Source: Mobula hypostoma
Taxonomy: Eukaryota
Length of the DNA: 64,000 nucleotides
Assembly: GCF_963921235.1 (NCBI RefSeq)
Contig: NC_086097.1
Coordinates: 32,428,001 to 32,492,000, forward strand
Direction of reading: 5' to 3'
Part shown: positions 37,480-51,038 of the stretch, piece by piece
Layout of the letters: every line of letters starts with the position of its first letter
How positions within the stretch are numbered: position 1 is the first letter of the stretch
Translations under genes and position numbers: made by a program
The notes under the pieces: generated by a model
What the model saw: the letters and a program-made list of their open reading frames with translations, nothing else
Databases searched by the model: none
What the model was told of the DNA's origin: nothing

Positions 37480-39610
37480 AAGCTAAAGTCAGATATATCA
37501 GTATTACAGTGGAATAAAGGAAGGCATGAGACAGGAGCTGGCCAAAGTTGACTGGAAGAGGACACTAGCAGGGATGATGGCAGGGAAGCAATGGCTGGAG
37601 TTTCTGGGAGGAAAACTCAGAAGGTGCAGATAGATACATCCTAAAGAAGAGGAAGTATTCCAAAGGGAAGATGACACAACCATGGTTGACAAGAGAAGTC
37701 AAAACCAACACAAAAGCTAAAGAGAGGGCATATAATAGAGCAAAAATTAGTGGGAAGCTAGAGGATTGGGAAAACCAGTAAAAACCAACAGAAGGCAACC
37801 AAAAACTCGATGGGGCAGAGAGAAGAGATTACATATGAAGGCAAGCTAACAAGTAATATTAAAAAGGATTCCAAAAGTTTTTTCAAGTATATAAAGAGTA
37901 AAAGAGAGATGAGAGTAGACAACGGACCTCTGGAAAATTACACTGGAGAGATAGTAACAGGGGACACAAAAACAGCTGATAACTGACTAAGTATTTTGAA
38001 TCCGTCTTCACAATGGAAAACACATATTATGCCGGAGGTTTGAGAGTGTCAAGAGCTAGAAGTGGGTGCAGTTGCTATTACTTGGGAGATGGTGCTTGGA
38101 AAACTGGAAGGTCTGAAGGAAGATAAGTCACCTGGACTTGATGGACTGCACCCCCGGGGTTCTAAAAAAGGTAAGATCTTTCAAGAATCAACAGATTTTG
38201 ACAGTTCCTAAGGACTGGGAAATTGCAAATATCACTCCACTCTTCAAGAAGGAAGGGATACAGAAGAAAGGAAATTATAAGCCAGTTAGTCTGATCTCAG
38301 TGGTTGGGAAGATGCTGGAGTCAATTGTTAAGGGTGTGGTTTGGGGTACTTGGAGGCACATGATAAAATAGGCTGTAGTCAGCATGGAATCTTGCCTAAC
38401 AAATCTGTTGGAATTCTTTGAAGAATTAACAAGCAGGATAGACAAAGGAGAATTGGTGGATGTTGTGTACTTGGATCTTCAGAAGACCTTTTGATAAGGT
38501 GCCACACACGAAGCTCCTAATCAAGATAAGAGTCCATGGTATTTTTGGAAAGATACTAGCATGGACAGAGCATTAGCTGATTGGTAGGAGGCAAAGAGTA
38601 AGAATTAAGGTATCCTTTTCGGATTGCATGCCAGTGATTAGTGGCGTTCCACAGGGATTTGTGTTGGAGCCACTTCTTTTTGTGCTGTCAACGATTCGGA
38701 TGATGAAATTGATGGCTTTGTTGCCAAGTTTGCAGGTGATACAAGATGGATGGAGGGGCAGTTAGCGTTGAGGAAGCACAGAGGCTGCAGAATGACTTAA
38801 ACAGATCAGGAGAATGGGCAAAGAAGTAGCAGATGGAATACAGTTGGAAAATGTATGGTCATGCACTTTGGTAGAAGGAATAAAAGCAAAGACTATTTTC
38901 TAAACGGGGAGAAAATTCAAAAATCAGAGATGCAAAGGGATTTGGGAATTCTAGTACAGAATTCCGTAAAGGTTAACTTGGAAGGCAAATGCAATGTTAG
39001 CATTCACTTCAAGAGGACTAGAATATAAAAGCAAGGACGTAATGCTGAGGCACTATAACGCACTGGTGAGGCCTCACTTGGAGAATTGTGAGCAGTTTTA
39101 GGCCCCTTATTTAAGAAAGGATGTGCTGACATTGGAGAGGGTTTAGAAGAGGTTCACAAGAATGAAAGGATTATCATAAGAGCAGCGATTGAAGGTTCTA
39201 GGCCTGTACTCACTGAAATTTGGGAGAATGAGGGGGGGATTTCATTGAAACCTATCGAAAGTTGAAAGGCCCAGATAAAGTGGATATGAACAGGATGTTT
39301 CCTTTGGTGGGAGAGTCTACAACCAGAGGGAACAGCCTCAAAATAGAGGGACATCCATTTAGAACAGAAATGAGGAGGAATTTCTTTAGCCAGAGGGTGG
39401 TGAATCTATGGAATTCGCTGCCACAGGCGGCTGTGAAGGCCAGGTCACTGGGTGTATTTTAGGCGGAGGCTGATAGGTCCTTGATAACCCATCAAGAAAG
39501 CAGAAGGCAGGAGACTGGAGTTAAGAGAGAAGTAGATCAACTATAATGAAATTACAGAGCAGACTCGATGGGCAAATGGTCTAATTCTGCTCCTATGTCT
39601 TCTGGTCTTA
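37480..39610 (+). mobile_element. CR1 LINE ORF2/3' end (degenerate)
   Basis: DWEIANITPLFKK, NYKPVSLISVVGKMLES, RRNFFSQRVVNLWNSLP motifs; 3' tail. Confidence 0.9.
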
Positions 39611-41499
39611 TTTTGCTATCATCCAGGTGTCTATCTAAGATTCACTTAAATACCCCTAATGTATCTGCTCCAGTACCAACCCAGGCAGGGTGTTCCATAC
39701 ACACTCTACTCTCTGTGTATAAAACTTTCCTCGACATAGCCCCTATACTTTAAATTATGCCCCTTGGTATTCGCCATTTCCAACCTGGAAAAAGGCTCTG
39801 GTGTCCACTCAATCTCTGCCTCTTACCTGAACTGCTGCTGAGCCAGTGGATCTGGACTCTAGCAACCGAAATCAGAAGCAGCCAAGGGACTGAAAAGCTC
39901 CTAATTTTGGGAGTAAACATACTTTATAAATGAGTCCGGCTGCACAAACTCCAGTAATTGCATTATCACAATTGCCCCTCCCACAGTAATCACTCCCCGA
40001 GCGACCAATGCTTCTGGGAACACTGCGGTAATTAGAGTAAACTTCAGGTTACAATCACAACTGGCTCAGTCCCACAAAATCACACAGAATTAAATCACAG
40101 CTGCTGCCACTAACCCCTTCTGCCTGCATGGCATCTCTCGCCTACGATTAGCCCCAAGACAGCAGAATTCCTCAATCGCAGCTGGGACTTCACTGGTCAG
40201 AAACAAGGCCAACTCCCCAACCAACTCCCAGCTCACACCTGAAAGATGCAGTTGTTACTAAGATTCTATTCACGTTACCAGAGACTGGTACAAATTTCAA
40301 CACACACTAAGTGCTGGAGGAACTCATGGAATTTTCTGGCCAGCACCTTGGTTAGCGTTACACTTTACAGCGCAGTGAAACTGGATCAATTCTGTCTCTG
40401 TCTGCAAGGTGCTTGTATGTTCTCCCCGTGACCACGTGGGTTTCCTCTGGGTGCTGAAGTTTCCTCCCACATTCCAAAAGGTGTACGGATAAGTAGGTCA
40501 ATTGCTGACATGGTGTAATTGGGCGGTACGGCTCACTGGGCTAGCAGGACCTGTTACTGTGGTGTATCTCTAAAGAAAAAATAACTCAACAGGTCAGGCA
40601 GCATCTACGGAAAGGAATACACAGTCAGCTTTCTGGGCCGAGACCCCATTAGGACTGGAGGGGGTTAGAGGGAGAAGTACTGTACAAGCTGGCAGGTGAT
40701 AGATGAGACCATGTGAGGAGGGTGCCGGGGGGGCGGGTGGGGGGGAGGTGGAGTGAAGTGAGAAGCTGGGAGCTGATAAATGGAAAAGGTAAAAGGCTGA
40801 AGAAGGAATCTAAACAGAGAGGACAGTGGACCATGGAAGGAAGTGAAGGAGGAAGGGAACCAGAGGGAGTTGACGGGCAGGTGAGGAGAAGGGGTGAGAT
40901 GGGAACCAAAATGGGGAATGGAAAAAGAGAGAAGGGGGAAAGGGAAGAAATTGCTAGAAATTAGAGAAATTGATGTTCATACCATCAGATTGGAGGCTAC
41001 CCAAGCGGAATGTGGGTGTGGCCTCATCATGGCTGCATAGTAGGCCATGAACCAACATGTCAGAATGGGAGATCAAGTTAAAACCCCAATGAAGAGGATC
41101 GCAAGAGGCTGCAGAGGATTATAGACTCAACCAGCTGCATGATGGGCACGACCTTTCTCACCATTCACGACAGCTTCAAGAGGTAAGGACCACCATCACC
41201 TGGGACGTGCCCTCTTCTCATTACTACCATCGGAGAGGAGGTACAGGAGCCTGAAGACAATGATTCAGAAACAGCTTCATCGTTCCACCGCCACGATTTC
41301 TGAATGGACCATGAACTCGTGAACACTACCTCATTATTCATTTATCTTTGCACTGTTTAGTTTTGTAATTTATAGATTTTTAAGTCTTGCATTGTACTGT
41401 TGCTACAAAACAAAAAACTCAGGTCATACTATGCTGCTGCAAAATAAAAAGAGTGCTCATGGGGGGAACTCATTTTATTTTGTGGCAACACAATAGCAG

Positions 41500-43760
41500 A
41501 GACCATAAAACCATAAGACATAGGAGCAGAATTAAGCCATTCAGCCCAGCGAGTCTGATCAACCATTCCATCATGGCTGATTTATTATCCCTCTCAACCC
41601 CATTCTCCTGCCTCCTCCCCATGACCTTTGCGCTCTGTATAATAAAGAACCTATCAAACTTCGCTTTAAACACTCGTAGTCTGACCAATGCCTGATAGAG
41701 CCTCAGCATTACATCCTTGCTTTTATGTTCTAGTCCTCTTGAAATGAATATTAATACTGTATATGGCTTCCTTACCACCAACTCAACCTGCAAGTTAACC
41801 TTTAGGGAATCCCGCACGAGGACTACCAAATCCCTTTGCGCCTCCAATCTTTGAATGTTCTTCCCTTTTAGAAAATAGTCTACATCTTTATTCCTTCTAC
41901 CAAAATGCATGGCCATACACTTCCATCTGCCACTTCTCTGCCTATTCTCTGTAACTGTAATATTTATTCTGCATTCCATTAATGCTTTTCCCTCTGTATT
42001 ATCTCAATGCAATTATGTATGGAATGGTCTGTATGTTTGGCATGCAAAATGAAGTTTTTCCCACTGTATCTGGGTCATGTGACAATTATCAGTTACGAAG
42101 ATTGATAAAAACAATTAATGAATGTGGAAAAAGAGGAAACTAGTTCTACTGTTCACTGGATCATATTTATGTACATTGGACTTTTAATATTGCAGGTCTT
42201 GCACAAATGTGTGCTGTCTATAAGTTGGATATTCATAACCCAGAAATGGCCTGTTTGCCAATAGGGTGAGAAGAACGGGAGTGGGAAGAGATTCTATGGA
42301 AAACCACCATGGAATAGCACGGTCCTTGCATGACCATCTACACCAGAAACACCAGGTTCTTTCCTTACCTGCTGCCTCCTTCTGTCTGGCACTTGTCACC
42401 TCCACCCGACACTTGTAGGCTGGACATTTGTGAGGTCACGCCAACCTGTTCATCCTCCTCAGTTTCTGCATTGGAAAAAAAATTGCAAATTACCCTCCAA
42501 ACGATCACGCAAACACTTTAAATATTAACAGAATTACACTCCCCTCTCCCGTTGCCTCTGCAGTATCCACATAGGAGAAAACAGTACAAGCTCATCAGAA
42601 GTTAAGAGGGATCTAGTGCAGGTTGGCCAGATTAACAGGTCAACAAGTGAAACAGCATAGGAGCAACTGGAAATTCTCCAAAAAGATAAAAGACAAGAAC
42701 TTCCACAGAAGTTCTCAAGACATCCCACAGCCTCTGCAGTTAAAGAGGTACTCCTTAATGCTTGTGAATGATACAAAGGTAGGTGGAGGGGCAGAAAGTG
42801 TCAAGGAAGCAGGGAATCTGCAGAAGGACTTAAAACAAAAGGACAGGATTCCCTAAAGGTTAACTTACAGCTTGAGCCAGTGGTAAGGAAGGCAAATGCA
42901 ATGTTAGCATCCATTTTGAAAGGACTAGAATACAAAAGCAAAGATGGAATGCTGAAGCTTTACAAGACATTGGTCAGACTACAATTGAAATATTGTGAAC
43001 AGTTCTGGGCCCCTTATCTAAGAATGGATTGCTGGCAATTGAGAGGATCCAGAGAAGGTTAACAAGAATGATCATAGGAATAAAAAGGTTAGCATATGAG
43101 AAGTGTTTGATGGCTCTGGGTCTGTACTTGCTGGAGTTGCAGAGGAGGATGCACTCACATCTACTGTGATGAAGTGCTTTGAGAGGTTGGTCATGGCCTG
43201 AATTAACTTCTGCCTGAGCAAGGACCTGGAATAGTTGCAATTTGCCCACTGCCATAACAGGTCTACATCAGATGCAATCTCAATGGCTCTCTTCTCGGTC
43301 CTGGATCATCTGTACAACAGCGATACACACATCAGGCTGCTGTTTATAGATCACAACAGCAACACCCCCTTGGTATTAATTACCAAGCTTCAAATCCTAG
43401 GCCTCTGTACCTTCTTGCACAACTGAATTCTTGAAAGAGTGGACGTGGAGAGAATGTTTCCTATAGTGGAGGAGTCAGGATGAGAGGGCACAGACTCAGA
43501 ATAGAGGGATTTTTCTTTAAAACAGAGTTAAGGAGGAACTTCTTTAATGAGAGGGTGGTAAATCGGTGGGATTTATTACCATGGACAGCTGTAGAGATCA
43601 AGTCATTTGGCTCCTTTAAAGCAGAGATTCTTGATTAGTATGCTGGTCAGAAGGAGAAGGCAGGAAAAAGGGGTTGAGAGGGATAATAAATCAGCCATAA
43701 TGGAATGGTGAGAGCAGACATAATGGGACAAATGGCCTAATTCTGCTCCTTTGTCTTATG
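41500..43760. mobile_element. CR1 fragments flanking TMED8 exon 2 (41500-41945 minus; 42760-43760 plus, with a Rex piece at 43150-43430)
   Basis: CR1 RT C-terminal motifs and 3' tails; Rex VMKCFERLV motif and [18 protein letters not shown]. Confidence 0.75.
42369..42465 (-). CDS. TMED8: TMED8 coding exon 2 (ETEEDEQVGVTSQMSSLQVSGGGDKCQTEGGS)
   Basis: Acceptor ttttttccaatgcag|, donor CAG|GTAAGG; 97 nt, open frame, phase 1 in and phase 2 out, fitting both neighbours; unique sequence among repeats. Confidence 0.75.
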
Positions 43761-45663
43761 GACATGCTGCTTTTCATTACTACCATCGGGGGGTACAGAT
43801 CTCCAAAGACACACACTCAACGTTTTAGAAACTGCATCAGATTTCTGAACTGCCTGTAAACCCATGAACACTACTTTGCTCTTTCTCTTTTGCAGTATTT
43901 AATTTTGTAACTTACAGTAATTTTTATGACTTGCACAGCACTACTGCATCTAAAAAAAATTTCACTTACAAATTTACACTTGTACATAAATTTCCCTTAA
44001 CACACTTACGCCCTCCTTATTGCAAAATTCTTGGTAATTAGGCACCTTCCTGGTGAATCTCTGAATCAAGTTTATTATCACTGACATATGTTATTTTCCA
44101 TCTGATTATGGTGCAAAGTCAAACATTAATATAAATTCTAAATAAACAGTGCAAACAAAAAAGAATAACAAGGTGGCATGCATGGTTCATGGACCACTTG
44201 GATGGCAGAGGGAAGAAGCAGTTGTTGTATTGTTAAATGTGAGTTTTCAGTTTCCATACCTCCCTCTCGATGGCAGCATTAGGAAATAGATATACATATT
44301 ACTTGGCTCCTCCATTGCCACTGGGTGCTGGAACTCCACCTCCCCCCCCCATCTGCCCCCACCACTGCTACACTGTGGAAGTGAAAAAGAAAAGTAATAC
44401 AAGACACAAGATACTCTGCAGATGCTGGAAATAACAAGCAACACCCACAAACACTGGAGGAACTCAGATAGTCAGGCAGCATCAACGGAGAGGAATAAAC
44501 AGTCGATGTTTCAGGACTGGAAAGGAAGGGGACAGAAGCCAGAATAAGAAAGTAGGGAGAAGGTAAGAATAAGAATATTGGACTATTGCTGATCTGAAGC
44601 AAAAACAGAAAATGCTGGAAATATTCCGCAGGCCGATCAATATCTGTGGAGAAAAATTCAGACTTAACAGAAATTCAAATCAGCAGTCCATGCAGAGTAC
44701 AGATGCATCAAGTGGATCATGACGACCTAGGCAGACAATAAATGCTCGCCTCTCACCTGCCTCATACCCTGTGAAGGAATCAAAGGATTCTCTTGATCAG
44801 TTCACCTGCTGGGTAACGACCCAGATTAAAGTGTGTCCGCTCCAGAAACAATTCTACTTCTTTCACAGTTTCAGAACAAACTACATGTCGCTCTGGATGA
44901 GGAATGTACGTAGAGTGCTGTTCAGCGACATGGATCGGGAGAAGGAGATGTGTGTAGCCATAGCCAACAACAAAGTTAAAATAATCAACAAAGGAGACAG
45001 AAGGGACATGATGGGAAAGCTTTTTCTTATACAAAGGTTTTACAATCTAGGAACACACAAATAAGAAATTAGCTTTATTTGTCACATCCACATCGAAACA
45101 TATACTGAAATGCATCTTTTGCTGCAAATCAAGTAAGTGAGGATTATGCTGAGCAGCCTGCAAGTGTTACCCATAACTCACTAACCCTAACCGTACATCT
45201 TTGGAATGTGGGAGGAAACCGGAGCACCCGGAGGAAACCCATCGCTCACAGGGAGAACATACAAACTCCTTACAGACAGCGGCTGGAATCAAACCCCGAA
45301 CCTACAGCTGGTGCTGTAAAGCGTTGCACTAACTGCTAAGCCACCATGCCATCCAAATAGATCTGACTGAAGGGGCAGAAGAGGAATATTAGGATAAGAG
45401 GGCAAGTGTTATTGGAAGAGTGTGGACAAACTTGGGTTGTCTTCTCTGCAGTAGTGGAGGCTGGGGGGAGACCTGGTAGAAGCTTGTAAGATTATGTGAG
45501 GCATAAGTATAAGTCAATATCTTTTCCACAGGGTCAAAATGTTAAGCAGCATCTGTGGAGAGAAAAACAGAACTTACATAGAACAGTACAGTTCAATCCT
45601 GTTTTATTGATTGAGATTACACAGTACTGTGCAAAAGCCTTAGATACTGTATATATATTTGTT

Positions 45664-48600
45664 TTTTTTGTTTTTTTAAAAATCTTTTTATTAAATAAGT
45701 ATACAAAAAGGTAAGCCATATAGAACTAATACACTGTTAGAACTAATACACTGTTAGAATATAATAAAATTACAGAAGATATTAATACAAAAAAAATACT
45801 ACAAACAATATAATTTAAACATAACATACCAAGGTAACATAATAGTATACTAATTTTATATATATATATCAATAGAGAAAAGGAAAAAAAAAACCCCAAA
45901 AAAACCCACTGTGCAACTAACTAACAGCAAAGCAAAGCAATGGGCTAACTTGAAACCAGAGTTAAACTTAAAATCACGTCCTCAATCCCGACCTCCATTA
46001 AAAACAGAAAAAAAAACAAGAAGGGTATATATTACATTAAATGAGAATATTGAATAAAAGATCTCCAAGTCTGTTCAAATTTAAATGAGGAGTCATAAAG
46101 ATTGCTTCTAATTTTCTCCAGATTCAAGCATAATATCGTCTGAGAAAACCAAAAAAAGGTAGTTGGAGCATTAAGCTCTTTCCAATGTTGTAAGATACAT
46201 CTTTTCGCCATTAAAGTAAGAAATGCAATCATTTTACGAGCTGAAGGGGAGAGATTACTGGAAATTTTAGGTAGTCCAAAGATAGCAGTAATAGGGTGAG
46301 GAGAGATATCTATATTCAATACCTTAGAGATAATATTAAAAATGTCTCTCCAAAAAGTTTCCGAAGTAGGGCAAGACCAAAACACATGAGTTAAAGAGGC
46401 TATCTGCCCCGGACATCTATCACAAAAAGGATTAATATGAGAATAAAAGCGCGCTAACTTATCTTTGGACATATGTGCTCTATGAACAACTTTAAATTGA
46501 ATTAGGGAATGTTTAGCACAGATAGAGGAAGTATTGACTAATTGTAAAATCTGCCCCCAGTCATCCACGGAAATGGTAAACCCCAATTCCTGTTCCCAAT
46601 CTACCCTAATCTTATCAAATGGAGCTTTCCTAAGTTTCATAATAATAATATTATAAATCATAGCCGATGCACCTTTCTGACATGGATTAAGGTTGATTAT
46701 AGTATCTAAAATGTATGTAGGAGGAAGCATTGGAAAGGAAGAAAGTATAGTACTTAGGAAATTTCTAACTTGTAGATATCTAAAAAAATGTATTCTTGAT
46801 AAGTTATATTTATTAGATAATTGTTCAAAAGACATAAGGGAACCATCTAAAAATAAATCCAAAAACCGTGAAATACCCTTAGTCTTCCAAGTTTGAAAAG
46901 CACGATCCGTAAAAGAGGGAGGAAAAAATATGTTACCTAAAATAGGAATCGCTAACCCAAATTGATTAAGATCAAAAAATTTTCTGAATTGAAACCAAAT
47001 ACGCAAGGTATATTTAACTATCGGGTTAGACACCTGTTTAAGGCGTTTCCAATCAAAAGGAAGAGAGGAACCTAAAATAGAGCCAAGTGTAAAACCCTGA
47101 ACAGATTGTAATTCCAATACTACCCATTTAGGAATGGATAGTATATCCTGGTCCAGTAACCAGAATTTCATATGTCGAATATTAATTGCCCAATAATAAA
47201 ATCTAAAGTTAGGTAATGCTAAGCCTCCATCTCTCTTAGCTTTCTGTAAATGTATTTTACCCAGTCTCGGGTTTTTATTCTGCCAAATAAATGAAGAAAT
47301 TTTAGAGTCAACTTTGTCAAAAAAAGATTTTGGAACAAAGATTGGTAATGCCTGAAATATATATAAAAATTTTGGCAAAAAAAACATCTTAACTGCATTA
47401 ATACGACCAATCAAAGTTAAATATAAAGGAAACCATTTAGATGAAAGTTGAGTAATATGGTCTATTAATGGTAAAAAGTTAGTCTTAAATAAATCTTTAT
47501 ATTTACAAGTAATTTTAATCCCAAGATATGAAAAATAATTATCAATTTAAATGGAAATTTATAATATAAGGGAAGTTGTTTATTAATCGGAAAGAGTTCA
47601 CTCTTACTAAGATTTAATTTATAACCTGAAAAAAGACCAAATTGTGCTAATAACTCTAAAACAGCCGGGATGGATTTTTGAGGATTAGAAATATATAAAA
47701 GTAAATCATCAGCATAGAGTGATAATTTATGGGACTTTAAGCCCCGAGTTATCCCAGTAATATTTGGAGATTCTCGAATGGCAATTGCAAGAGGTTCTAA
47801 TGCAATATCAAATAATAAGGGACTAAGAGGACAACCTTGTCGAGTACCTCGAAAAAGAGGGAAAAAAGGTGAACTTAAAGAGTTAGTACGGACCGAGGCC
47901 ACAGGAGAATAATATAAGAGTTCAATCCAGGATATAAATTTCGAGCTAAAATTAAACATTTCAAGCACCTTAAATAAATAAGGCCATTCTACTCTATCAA
48001 AAGCTTTCTCGGCATCTAAAGAGATAACACATTCAGGAACATTTTGTGAGGGAGTATAAACGATATTTTACAGTGTACGAATATTATAAAAAGAGTAACG
48101 ACTTTTAATAAAACCCATTTGGTCTTCCGAAATAATAGAGGGAAGTACTTTTTCTAATCTATTTGCTAATAACTTAGAAAAAACTTTAGAATCAACATTT
48201 AATAAAGATATTGGTCTATAAGATGCACATTGAGCAGGATCTTTATCCTTCTTTAATATTAAAGAGATTGACGCTCTATTAAAAGATTCAGGAAGTTTAC
48301 CAAGTTTCAATGAAGCCTCAAAAACCCTATAGAGCCAAGGGATTAATGAAGGAGCAAAACATTTATAAAATTCTATGGTAAACCCATCAGGGCCAGGAGC
48401 TTTCCCCAAATTCATAGAGAAAATAACATTCTTAATCTCATCCATGGTAATGGGAGTATCTAACATAGAAGCCATATCCTGTGAAATCTCAGGGAAGTCT
48501 AAATTATCTAAAAAATCATTCATATATTTAGAATCTCGAGGAGACTCTGATTGATATAAGGAAGAGTAAAAATCACAGAAGGTTTGATTAATCCCCACAT

Positions 48601-48979
48601 GATCAAGTATCAGTCGATCATTTTGGTTATAAATCTGATTAATTTGAGATTTAGCATAATTAGACTTCAATTGATTAGCCAACAGTTTGCCAATTTTGTC
48701 ACTGTGTACATAAAATTCACTTCTTGTTTTCTTTAATTGGTTTACAATTGAGGACGAGAGTAATAAACTGTGTTCCATTTGAAGTTCAGTTCTTTGTTTA
48801 TATAACTCCTCAGAAGGAGCTATAACATATTTCTTATCAATTTCCTTAAGCTTGTCCACAATTACCAACTCCTCCTGCTTCTTCCTCAAAGCAGCAGAAT
48901 ACGAGATAATCTGACCACGAATATAAGCTTTAAAAGTGTCCCAAAGAGTGTTAACAGAAATATCCTCTGTATGGTTAAT
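45664..48979 (-). mobile_element. 5'-truncated L1-clade LINE, ORF2 broken by frameshifts
   Basis: KAPGPDGF, YRPISLLNVDSK, GTRQGCPLSPLLF, LYADD, CCHC CDRC..HVFWSC; AATAAA and A-rich tail; perfect 16-bp TSD TGTATATATATTTGTT at 45648-45663 and 48980-48995. Confidence 0.95.
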
Positions 48980-49024
48980 TGTATATATATTTGTTAATCA
49001 CTTTTTTTTTGGTGGTAAAAGATC

Positions 49025-49864
49025 GGAATCAGGTTTATTATCACCGGCATATGATGTGAAATTTGTTAAGCAGCAGTTCAATGCAATACATAATCTAGCA
49101 GAGAGAGAAAAAAATAATAAATAAAACATAATAATAAATAAACAAGTAAATCAATTACGTATATTGAATAGATTATTTAAAAATGTGCAAAAACAGAAAT
49201 ACTGTATATTCAGGAATCAGATGGCAGAGGGGAAGAAGCTGTTCTTGAATCGCTGAGTGTGTGCCTTCAGGCTTCTGTACCTCCTACCTGATGGTAACAG
49301 TGAGAAAAGGGCATGCCCTGGGTGCCAGAGGTCCTTAATAATGGATGCTGCCTTTCTGAGACACCGCTCCCTGAAGATGTCCTGGGTACTTTGTAGGCTA
49401 GTGCCCAAGATAGAGCTGACTAGATTTACAACCTTCTGCAGCTTCTTTCAGTCCTGTGAAGTAGCCCCTCCATACCAGACAGTGATGCAGCCTGTCAGAA
49501 TGCTCTCCATGGTACATCTATAGAAGTTTTTGAGTTAATTTGTTGACATGCCATATCGCTTCAAACTCCTAATAAAGTATAGCTGCTGTCTCGCCTTCTT
49601 TATAACTACATCAATGTGTTGGGACCCGGTTAGATCCTCAGAGATCTTGACACCCAGGAACTTGAAGCTGTTCACTCTCTCCACTTCTGATCCTTCTATG
49701 AGGATTGGTATGTGCTCTTTCGTCTTACTCTTTCTGAAGTCCACAATCAGCTCTTTCGTCTTACTGACATTGAGTGCCAGGTTGTTGCTGTGGCACCATT
49801 CCACTAGTTGGCATATCTCACTCCTGTACGCCCTCTCGTCACCACCTGAGATTCTACCAACAAT
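49025..49864 (-). mobile_element. Rex/Babar LINE 3' fragment
   Basis: [49 protein letters not shown] motifs. Confidence 0.88.
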
Positions 49865-50382
49865 GCAGTCATCGCAAACAATAGCCTGTAACCTCCTTTT
49901 GGACTTGGAGGCAATTCAATGTGGCAGAACCGAGGTGAGACGAGGCGAGGCAGCGAGCCCATTTCCGAAAGTGAAGAAGACCCAAGATTCGATCAATTTA
50001 AATGCCAGGCCAAATTGGAAAGATTGGGTACAGGGCGAATCGAGGTGACAGGATCCAGGCTCCAGAGCATACCGGAGTGACTGAACATCACGTTTGAATG
50101 ATGATTTAAGCACCAGGCCAAATCAAGGTGGAGGGATCCAGGCCTCAGATCGTATCAAAGTGAAACCCAAGGTTTGGATGACGACTTAGGCGCTGGGTCA
50201 GATTGAAAAGGTCGGGGTATCGGGGCCCGAGGCGAGAGACAAGTCAGTTCAGATCGCTGCTCCGCTCTGCGTTGAACTAACGTTCTGTGGACGGACTCTC
50301 TTTGAGGACTTCAGTTCAGAATGCCATTTGCTTGTGTTTATCATTTGCATGACTTGGTTTTTTTTCACCTCTGTACATTGGA

Positions 50383-50825
50383 TGTTTGATGGCTCTGGGT
50401 CTGTACTCGGTGGAATTCAGAAGGATGAGGGGGAGTCTCACTGAAACCTTTCGAATGTTGATAGGCCTAGACAGAGTAGATGTGGAAAGGATGTTTCCCA
50501 TGGTGGGAGAGTCTAGGACAAGAGGGCACAGCCTCAGGATAGAGGGACGCCCTTTCAAAACAGAGATGTGGAGAAATTTCTTTAGCCAAAGGGTGGTGAA
50601 TTTGTGGAATTTGTTGCCACATGCAGCTGTGGAGGCCAGGTCGTTGGGTGTATTTAAGGCAGAGATTGATATGTTCTTGATTGGACATGGCATCAAAGGT
50701 TACGGGGAGAAGGTCGGGAACTGGGGTTAAAGAGAAGATAGAAAAAAGGATCAGCCATGATCGAATGGCAGAGCAGACTCGATGGGCCAGATGGCCTAAT
50801 TCTGCTCTTATGTCTTATGGTCTTC
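50383..50825 (+). mobile_element. young CR1 3' fragment
   Basis: Open ORF end LGLYSVEFRRMRG..FFSQRVVNLWNLLP plus 3' tail. Confidence 0.88.
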
Positions 50826-50971
50826 TATTTTTTTAAATGGGTTATTTTGATTTTCTTTGCTTTGTGTCTGTCTGTAAGCAGACAAATCTCAAGGATGTAT
50901 AAATGAACTTTGAACTTTTGAAATTTGTTTTTTTTTGCGGCAACAGTACAGTGCAATACATAAAATTACTA

Positions 50972-51038
50972 CAGTACTGTGCAAAAGCCTTAGGCACCAC
51001 AGCTATATTTATGTGCCTAAGACTTTTGGGCAAGACTG
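50972..51038. mobile_element. tiny Tc1/mariner-type MITE
   Basis: TA|CAGTACTGTGCAAAAGCCTTAGGCAC...GTGCCTAAGACTTTTGGGCAAGACTG|TA. Confidence 0.7.

Noticed and set aside
44771..45064. Opposing 97-aa and 84-aa ORFs in unique-looking intronic sequence
   Set aside because: No recognisable motif, no convincing splice-site pair, and length compatible with chance
46032..47414. 460-aa ORF as a host gene
   Set aside because: It is the C-terminal part of L1 ORF2 inside a TSD-bounded insertion
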